From: Mucisphaera calidilacus
Lineage (GTDB): Bacteria > Planctomycetota > Phycisphaerae > Phycisphaerales > Phycisphaeraceae
Direction of reading: 5' to 3'
Assembly: GCF_007748075.1 (NCBI RefSeq)
Contig: NZ_CP036280.1
Span: 1,470,001-1,502,000 of the forward strand
DNA length: 32,000 bases
Shown here: positions 1 to 5,454 of the stretch, in pieces
How the letters are laid out: each line of letters begins with the position of its first letter
Numbering within the stretch: the first letter of the stretch is position 1
The notes under the pieces: generated by a model
Database searches by the model: none
What the model saw: only the letters and a program-made list of their open reading frames with translations
What the model was told of the DNA's origin: nothing
Translations under genes and position numbers: made by a program

Positions 1-43
1 CCACCAGATGTGTGATTCACACCATGAGCAGAGGAGCATCGCC

Positions 44-1411
44 ATGACCGCAGCCGCCAAACCCGAATTCAACTGGGAACAGCAGCCCGCCGCCCAAGCC
101 GTCGTCGACCGCCTCATCAAGGAAGCCGTCGCCCTCAGCCCCTCCGCCGAGAAAATGGGCAAGGGGATGTCCGAGCAGGCCGGCACGCGTCTGCTCGACT
201 GGCTCGACCACATCGCAGCCCCCTCAAACGCCGTCTCCGAGTCCGAACTCAAAGAGGTCGGCTTCGAACTCGTCGGGCAGACGCCCCACGGCAAACCGGT
301 CTACGAGCACCTCGGCGCCATCTTCCCCCGCGTGATCGTCAACACCGAAGCCCTGGGCCTCGCCCTCAAGGCCGACTCCGTCTCCGACTACCTCGCCACC
401 CACGGCATCGCCGCGGAAATCCATGGCCAGCCCCTCGCACGACTGCGCTCCGCACGCGTGGACCGCGACGAGAAAGCACAACTCTGGGTCATCGAACGAC
501 ACGGCTGGACCAGCTTCGAGCCGCCCGCCTACGACGCCGAACAGGCCCTCCGTTCTCTTGATCACCTCGACAGCTTCCGCACCCGAAACCGCTGGCACGA
601 CAACGACGTCGCCGGCTTCGAACACGCCTACCAGCTCATCGAACGCGTCGCCGACGACCTCGGCGAAGACTGGGCCTGCGACCTCTTCTTCGAAGCAGAA
701 CGCCAGTACTGGATGCGCCGCAACCGCGCCGCACGCGTTCAAAAAGCCCGCCAGGACAAACTCGGCCTCGGCTGGGCCAACCACGACCACCACACCTTCC
801 GCTCGGGACGTGAGGCCTACAAATACCTCATCAAGGCCCTGGAACTCATGGGCTTCTTCTGCCGCGAACGCTTCTACGCCGGAGCACAGGCCGGATGGGG
901 CGCCCAGGTCCTCGAACACAAGACAACCCGCATCACCATCTTCGCCGACGTCGACATGTCACCCGAAGAAGTCGAGGGCGATTTCGCGCACAACGGCCTG
1001 CCGGCTGCGGAAAAACTCGGCACCGTCGGCCTCTGGACCGCTCTGCACGGCGAATCCTTCCTCCAGGCCGGACTGCATCACCTCGAATGCCAGTTCGATT
1101 TCGACGGCCTCCGCGAGCAGATGAAGGCCGAAGCCGGCATCGGCATGATGGACCCCTTCAGCAACTTCGATCACCTCAAGCAGCAATTCACCGAAGGCGA
1201 ACGCTGGGCCGTCGATGCCGGTCGTATCAGTCGCCTCGTCGAGGCGGGGATGATCACCGAAGATCAAGGCGGCCAGTTCAGCACTCAGGGCGCCATCGGC
1301 TCCCACCTCGAAAACCTCGAACGCAACAACGGCTTCAAGGGCTTCAACCAGACAGGCATCAGCCACATCATCGCCAAGACCGATCCCCGTGAGCACCTGG
1401 CCAAGGCCTGA
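44..1411 (+). CDS. Conserved hypothetical protein, possibly a DUF1338/VOC-like metalloenzyme (function uncertain)
   Basis: Long ORF (track 8..1411) with strong C/G third-position bias. In-frame ATG at 44 is preceded by GAGGAG at 31-36, so it is preferred over ATG at 8. His-rich motifs (NHDHHTFRS, LHHLECQFDF) only loosely resemble the HglS/YdcJ family; no firm family match by eye. Confidence 0.7.
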   Translation: MTAAAKPEFNWEQQPAAQAVVDRLIKEAVALSPSAEKMGKGMSEQAGTRLLDWLDHIAAPSNAVSESELKEVGFELVGQTPHGKPVYEHLGAIFPRVIVNTEALGLALKADSVSDYLATHGIAAEIHGQPLARLRSARVDRDEKAQLWVIERHGWTSFEPPAYDAEQALRSLDHLDSFRTRNRWHDNDVAGFEHAYQLIERVADDLGEDWACDLFFEAERQYWMRRNRAARVQKARQDKLGLGWANHDHHTFRSGREAYKYLIKALELMGFFCRERFYAGAQAGWGAQVLEHKTTRITIFADVDMSPEEVEGDFAHNGLPAAEKLGTVGLWTALHGESFLQAGLHHLECQFDFDGLREQMKAEAGIGMMDPFSNFDHLKQQFTEGERWAVDAGRISRLVEAGMITEDQGGQFSTQGAIGSHLENLERNNGFKGFNQTGISHIIAKTDPREHLAKA

Positions 1412-1811
1412 ACAAACGCTTTTTACCTCTCTTGCCCCAATTAACGGAGATTTGCGCCGATGTCCGTCGCAGACCGAATTTCTAGGTGAACTTATGGTCT
1501 TAAAAGTCGAATCCTGTTGACACACCGCCCGTGATCGATCACTATTCTTTCAGAACGCTGAGGGCAGTCAACCCAACCAGCAGCGAACAAGAAAGAACGG
1601 CTCTGCGTCACTGACTTCTGTTTAATCAAGCATCGCACCGACGACCCCGGCCGAAGACCGGCACGCAGGGCTCGGAGAGAGAGAAAGCATGTTCACCCCC
1701 GATTCCATCTCCAGCAATTTGACAGGCACAAGCCTGGTAAATTGGGAAATGTCGAATCCGGACTTTTCGATCCTCAATCTCCAGGAAAATGAAGTAACCG
1801 ATAACTAACGC

Positions 1812-1839
1812 TTGCAGCCACCAACGTTTGGTGTATGCT
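1812..1839 (+). promoter_or_regulatory. Candidate sigma70-like promoter for paralogue P1 (TTGCAG-16-TATGCT)
   Basis: TTGCAG at 1812-1817 and TATGCT at 1834-1839 with a 16-nt spacer, about 50 nt upstream of ATG 1892. The spacer contains the imperfect palindrome CACCAA-CGT-TTGGTG. Promoter rules for this lineage are uncertain. Confidence 0.3.
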
Positions 1840-1891
1840 TCAGCACTCTCGCACACCCTTTTCCGCTTTTTCTTCGAAGGAGAAAACTGAG

Positions 1892-2443
1892 ATGTTCAAG
1901 ACCGCTACTGCTCTTACCGTTGCTCTCGCCGCTTCCACCGCTATGGCTGAAGTGACCGTCGACAAGGCCCCCAACGCCAGCCTCGCCGGCTACACCACCT
2001 ACACCGTGACCGTCACCGGTGCTGACCTCGGCTTCAACGCCGCGACCATCACCCTCGACGCCCCCGCCGGCCTCAACCAGTCCGAAGCTTTTGGTCAGAT
2101 CGGCCTCTTCGCCGACGACGGCCTCTTCGCCTTCGTTCCCTCGACGGTCATCGAAGACACCTACTTCCTCTTCAACCGTCCGGCCCTTCTGGTTGACGGC
2201 TCCTTCGGCGAGTCGGCCACCGGCCTCGAGGCTTCCTTCGCCTACGCCGATCCCATCGCTGCTGACTTCGCCGCGATGCAGGTCGTGATCGAAGACTCCG
2301 CCACCGAAGCTTGGGTCAAGATTGACCTCGCCTACCCCGGCGGCACCGAGATCATCACGGTCTTCAACGAGAACATCATCCCCACCCCCGCCACCGGCGC
2401 CCTCTTCGGCCTCGCCGGCCTGGCCGCCTTCCGTCGTCGCTAA
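1892..2443 (+). CDS. Small secreted PEP-CTERM-anchored protein, paralogue P1 (183 aa)
   Basis: ATG at 1892 preceded by AAGGAG. Signal peptide MFKTATALTVALAASTAMA/E. C-terminal IPTPATGALFGLAGLAAFRRR is a P-x-P motif plus hydrophobic helix plus Arg cluster, i.e. PEP-CTERM type. The track ORF 1835..2443 was trimmed to the internal start shared with the paralogues. Confidence 0.9.
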   Translation: MFKTATALTVALAASTAMAEVTVDKAPNASLAGYTTYTVTVTGADLGFNAATITLDAPAGLNQSEAFGQIGLFADDGLFAFVPSTVIEDTYFLFNRPALLVDGSFGESATGLEASFAYADPIAADFAAMQVVIEDSATEAWVKIDLAYPGGTEIITVFNENIIPTPATGALFGLAGLAAFRRR

Positions 2444-2491
2444 GCGACCCGGAACACTCGTTCTGACCGAGTACAACATCTGATCTTGAGG

Positions 2492-2524
2492 CAGACCCAC
2501 CAAACGGTGGGTCTGTTTCTTTTT
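2492..2524 (+). terminator. Rho-independent terminator after P1
   Basis: Perfect 10-bp stem CAGACCCACC / GGTGGGTCTG with loop AAAC, followed by TTTCTTTTT. Confidence 0.85.
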
Positions 2525-2556
2525 GTGCGAATTACCCTCTATCTGCCCATTCGGAC

Positions 2557-2584
2557 TTGTTCCGGCCTCACGGATGAGTAGAAT
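2557..2584 (+). promoter_or_regulatory. Candidate sigma70-like promoter for paralogue P2 (TTGTTC-16-TAGAAT)
   Basis: TTGTTC at 2557-2562 and TAGAAT at 2579-2584 with a 16-nt spacer, in the AT-richer spacer upstream of ATG 2719. A perfect 10-bp palindrome GACACGTGTC lies at 2639-2648 in the putative leader. Confidence 0.3.
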
Positions 2585-2718
2585 TAGATTAGGTACGGTT
2601 CCTGTATCAGTACTCCGTGCCTTCAGGGTTTTCGCCGAGACACGTGTCACGGTCCCTGGTCATCTGTTATGTGTATTGGCAAGGCCTTGTTTCACAGCAA
2701 TCCCAAAGGAGAATAGAG

Positions 2719-3273
2719 ATGTTCAAGACTGCTGCCGCTCTTACCGTTGCTCTCGCCGCTTCCACCGCCATGGCTCAGGTTGAGGTCTTCTCGGCCCCCA
2801 ACGCCAATCTCGCCGGCTACACCACCTACACCGTCGCCATCGTCGGGCCGAACGATCTCGGCTTCAACGCCGCGACCGTCACCCTCGACGCCCCCGCCGG
2901 CCTCAACCAGTCCGAAGCTTTCGGTCAGATCGGCCTCTTCGCCGACGACGGCCTCTTCGCCTTCGTTCCCTCGACGGTCATCGAAGACACCTACTTCCTC
3001 TTCAACCGTCCGGCCCTCTTGGTTGACGGCTCCTTCGGCGAGTCGGCCACCGGCCTCGAGGCTTCCTTCGCCTACGCCGACCCCATCGTCGGTGCCTACA
3101 ACGTCATGCAGGTCGTGATCGAAGACTCCGCCACCGAAGCCTGGGTCAAGATTGACCTCGCCTACCCCGGCGGCACCGAGATCATCACGGTCTTCAACGA
3201 GAACATCATCCCCACCCCCGCCACCGGCGCCCTCTTCGGCCTCGCCGGCCTGGCCGCCTTCCGTCGTCGCTAA
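2719..3273 (+). CDS. Small secreted PEP-CTERM-anchored protein, paralogue P2 (184 aa)
   Basis: ATG at 2719 preceded by AAGGAG. Near-identical to P1 except for two short patches. Same signal peptide and the same IPTPATGALFGLAGLAAFRRR tail. Confidence 0.9.
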   Translation: MFKTAAALTVALAASTAMAQVEVFSAPNANLAGYTTYTVAIVGPNDLGFNAATVTLDAPAGLNQSEAFGQIGLFADDGLFAFVPSTVIEDTYFLFNRPALLVDGSFGESATGLEASFAYADPIVGAYNVMQVVIEDSATEAWVKIDLAYPGGTEIITVFNENIIPTPATGALFGLAGLAAFRRR

Positions 3274-3321
3274 GCGACCCGGAACACTCGTTCTGACCGA
3301 GTACAACATCTGATCTTGAGG

Positions 3322-3354
3322 CAGACCCACCAAACGGTGGGTCTGTTTCTTTTT
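3322..3354 (+). terminator. Rho-independent terminator after P2 (exact copy of the P1 terminator)
   Basis: Same CAGACCCACC-AAAC-GGTGGGTCTG hairpin plus T-run, lying within the 247-nt block 3111-3357 that matches 2281-2527 with 1 mismatch. Confidence 0.85.
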
Positions 3355-3386
3355 GTGTTAAAACCGTTTCAGGCTCTGCTTGATGC

Positions 3387-3414
3387 TTGTGTCGGCTCCA
3401 TGCGCAGGTACACT
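3387..3414 (+). promoter_or_regulatory. Weak candidate promoter for the stump-P3-P4-P5 transcription unit (TTGTGT-16-TACACT)
   Basis: Hexamers at 3387-3392 and 3409-3414 with a 16-nt spacer. Only a moderate match to consensus. Confidence 0.2.
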
Positions 3415-3436
3415 AAATAAACGATCTGGGGATCTT

Positions 3437-3505
3437 GTGATGATTGAACCCGCATCCGGCGCCCTCCTCGGCCTCGCCGGCCTGACCCTCCTGCGTCGAC
3501 GTTAA
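3437..3505 (+). pseudogene. 5'-truncated remnant of a paralogue, retaining only the PEP-CTERM tail
   Basis: Reads (V)MIEPASGALLGLAGLTLLRRR-stop. It is followed by the same spacer (GAACCC..CTTTGGAGAAACACC-ATG) that separates P3/P4/P5. No signal peptide or core domain lies upstream. Confidence 0.75.
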
Positions 3506-3532
3506 GAACCCTAGCTTCTTTGGAGAAACACC

Positions 3533-4111
3533 ATGTTTAAAACCACCGCCGCCGCCCTCACCGTTGCTTGCTGCCTGACCTCAGCAGAGGCTGAGTACAC
3601 ACACCCGGATGTGGTCCAGCAATGGATGCCCGCACCCACACTGCCCGGCTACATCACCTACACCGCCTACCTCAGGGGCAGTCTACTCGGCTTCAACGCT
3701 GCCACGATCACAATTCAGGACGAGGCGGGTGTTATGAATCAGGTCGAAGCCTTCGGTCAGAAGGGCCTTTTCGCCGATGACGGCATCTTCGCCTTCGTCC
3801 CCTCGACGGTCATCGAAGACACCTACTTCCTGTTCGACCGTCCGGCGTTGTTGGTTGACGGCTCCTTCGGCGAGTACGCCACCGGCATGGAGGCCTCCTT
3901 CGCCTACGCCGAGCCCGTCACCACGGAGTTCGGCGTGATCCAGATCCTGGTCGCCTACGATGCCACGCAGATACCCTGGATGACCATCGAACTCGCCTAC
4001 CCCGGCGGCTCCGAGATCGTCACTGCCTACGACGCTCCGATCGGGAGGCCCGAGCCCGCCTCCGGCGCCCTCTTCGGCGTCGCCGGCCTGGCCCTCCTGC
4101 GTCGACGTTAA
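3533..4111 (+). CDS. Small secreted PEP-CTERM-anchored protein, paralogue P3 (192 aa)
   Basis: ATG preceded by GGAG. Signal peptide MFKTTAAALTVACCLTSAEA/E. Conserved core GLFADDGIFAFVPSTVIEDTYFLFDRPALLVDGSFGE. Tail RPEPASGALFGVAGLALLRRR. Confidence 0.9.
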   Translation: MFKTTAAALTVACCLTSAEAEYTHPDVVQQWMPAPTLPGYITYTAYLRGSLLGFNAATITIQDEAGVMNQVEAFGQKGLFADDGIFAFVPSTVIEDTYFLFDRPALLVDGSFGEYATGMEASFAYAEPVTTEFGVIQILVAYDATQIPWMTIELAYPGGSEIVTAYDAPIGRPEPASGALFGVAGLALLRRR

Positions 4112-4139
4112 GAACCCCCAACCTCTTTGGAGAAACACC

Positions 4140-4721
4140 ATGCTTAAAACCACCGCCGCCGCCCTTGCCGTTGTTTGCTGCCTGACCTCAGCAGAGGCTG
4201 AGTACACACACCCGGATGTGGTCCAGCAATGGATGCCCGCACCCACACTGCCCGGCTACATCACCTACACCGCCTACCTCAGGGGCAGTCTACTCGGCTT
4301 CAACGCTGCCACGATCACAATTCAGGACGAGGCGGGTGTTATGAATCAGGTCGAAGCCTTCGGTCAGAAGGGCCTTTTCGCCGATGACGGCATCTTCGCC
4401 TTCGTCCCCTCGACGGTCATCGAAGACACCTACTTCCTGTTCGACCGTCCGGCGTTGTTGGTTGACGGCTCCTTCGGCGAGTCCGCCACCGGCATCGAAG
4501 CCTCCTTCGCCTACGCCGACCCCGTCACCACCGACTTCGACGTGATCCAGATCGTACTCAGCGACATCAATACGTTCCCCGCCCCCTGGATGACCATCGA
4601 ACTCGCCTACCCCGGCGGCACCGAGATCATTACCGCGTTTGACGCCCCGCTCTGGGTCCCCACACCCGCCTCCGGCGCCCTCTTCGGCCTCGCCGGCCTG
4701 GCCCTCCTGCGTCGACGTTAA
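4140..4721 (+). CDS. Small secreted PEP-CTERM-anchored protein, paralogue P4 (193 aa), chimera of P3 and P5
   Basis: 4175-4482 is identical to P3 3568-3875 (308 nt). 4112-4189 is identical to 4722-4799, and 4440-4682 is identical to P5 5059-5301 (243 nt). Tail VPTPASGALFGLAGLALLRRR. Confidence 0.9.
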   Translation: MLKTTAAALAVVCCLTSAEAEYTHPDVVQQWMPAPTLPGYITYTAYLRGSLLGFNAATITIQDEAGVMNQVEAFGQKGLFADDGIFAFVPSTVIEDTYFLFDRPALLVDGSFGESATGIEASFAYADPVTTDFDVIQIVLSDINTFPAPWMTIELAYPGGTEIITAFDAPLWVPTPASGALFGLAGLALLRRR

Positions 4722-4749
4722 GAACCCCCAACCTCTTTGGAGAAACACC

Positions 4750-5340
4750 ATGCTTAAAACCACCGCCGCCGCCCTTGCCGTTGTTTGCTGCCTGACCTCT
4801 GCGCAGGCCGTCATTATGCATCCCGATGTTGACCTGGGTTCCGTCGAGGACACCCCCAATCTTCCCGGCTACACCACCGCGACCTACTACATCACGGGCG
4901 AACTCCTCGGCTTCAACGCCGCCACCATCATCCTCGACGGCACGAATTACCCGGGCGAGTTCAACCAGGTCGAGATGTTCGGTCAGAAGGGCCTCTTCGC
5001 CGACGACGGCCTCTTCGCCTTCGTCCCCACCGCCGCCGCCGAGGACACCTACTTCCTCTTCGACCGTCCGGCGTTGTTGGTTGACGGCTCCTTCGGCGAG
5101 TCCGCCACCGGCATCGAAGCCTCCTTCGCCTACGCCGACCCCGTCACCACCGACTTCGACGTGATCCAGATCGTACTCAGCGACATCAATACGTTCCCCG
5201 CCCCCTGGATGACCATCGAACTCGCCTACCCCGGCGGCACCGAGATCATTACCGCGTTTGACGCCCCGCTCTGGGTCCCCACACCCGCCTCCGGCGCCCT
5301 CCTCGGCGTCGCCGGCCTGGCCTTCCTGCGTCGACGATAA
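4750..5340 (+). CDS. Small secreted PEP-CTERM-anchored protein, paralogue P5 (196 aa)
   Basis: Internal ATG at 4750 of track ORF 4639..5340, with the same spacer/GGAG and leader as P4. Distinct N-terminal variable segment. Tail VPTPASGALLGVAGLAFLRRR. Confidence 0.9.
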   Translation: MLKTTAAALAVVCCLTSAQAVIMHPDVDLGSVEDTPNLPGYTTATYYITGELLGFNAATIILDGTNYPGEFNQVEMFGQKGLFADDGLFAFVPTAAAEDTYFLFDRPALLVDGSFGESATGIEASFAYADPVTTDFDVIQIVLSDINTFPAPWMTIELAYPGGTEIITAFDAPLWVPTPASGALLGVAGLAFLRRR

Positions 5341-5369
5341 GAACAACCGACAACGCACGACGCACCGCG

Positions 5370-5394
5370 AGCCCGCCCGCATGGCGGGCTTTTT
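5370..5394 (+). terminator. Rho-independent terminator after P5
   Basis: AGCCCGCC-CGCAT-GGCGGGCT hairpin followed by a T-run. Confidence 0.8.
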
Positions 5395-5454
5395 CGTGCT
5401 CATTTGGGCTTGCTTCTGACTGGCGGCAGGGGGGTACGGCGTGTCTAATTAGGT

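Larger units (their letters stand above)
1892..3357 (+). repeat. Tandem duplication: two P1/P2-type units (CDS plus terminator) separated by unrelated spacer
   Basis: 1892-2527 and 2719-3357 are near-identical. For example 2281-2527 vs 3111-3357 is 247 nt with 1 synonymous difference. The upstream regions (1412-1891 vs 2528-2718) show no similarity by eye. Confidence 0.9.
3437..5340 (+). repeat. Head-to-tail array of about 607-610-nt units (stump, P3, P4, P5) with a conserved 28-nt spacer
   Basis: Unit starts at 3533, 4140 and 4750. The inter-unit spacer GAACCCCCAACCTCTTTGGAGAAACACC is repeated at 4112 and 4722, with a variant at 3506. There are no terminators between units, so the array is probably co-transcribed. 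Confidence 0.9.

Noticed and set aside
224-919. Long antisense or alternative-frame ORFs overlapping real genes throughout the window. Examples: 224..919(-), 423..1124(+), 12829..14244(-), 14371..15501(-), 15756..17504(+), 20871..22760(+), 21565..22707(-), 23094..24422(-), 28388..30334(+), 30418..31446(+).
   Set aside because: These are typical shadow ORFs of GC-rich DNA. Their translations are low-complexity Arg/Pro/Gly/Ala-rich strings without motifs. In every case the overlapping frame encodes a protein with clear family signatures and the expected third-position GC bias.
1500-1520. tRNA-like T-loop strings (GTCGAATCC at about 1507 and about 1755).
   Set aside because: The flanking sequence cannot form T-stem, acceptor or anticodon arms, so there is no cloverleaf.
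1689-1808. Small 39-codon ORF (MFTPDSISSNLTGTSLVNWEMSNPDFSILNLQENEVTDN) with a purine-rich stretch upstream, in the long spacer before P1.
   Set aside because: Third-position GC is only about 60%, against about 90% in genuine genes here. It has no signal peptide or motif. It cannot be distinguished from a chance ORF without expression or conservation data.
1626-1856. 76-aa minus-strand ORF in the same spacer.
   Set aside because: It lies in AT-richer non-coding DNA, has atypical codon usage, no ribosome-binding site and no recognisable features. It would also overlap the putative P1 promoter.
2251-3105. Diversity-generating retroelement as the source of the hypervariable patches in P1/P2.
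   Set aside because: The substitutions are not restricted to adenine-templated positions. No reverse transcriptase or template repeat with the required arrangement is present in the window.
1892-5340. Possibility that the periodic repeats (about 830 and about 610 nt) are a CRISPR array, satellite or IS-related repeats.
   Set aside because: The repeat units are complete protein-coding genes with signal peptides and sorting tails. The period is far too long for CRISPR, and there are no cas or transposase genes and no terminal inverted repeats.
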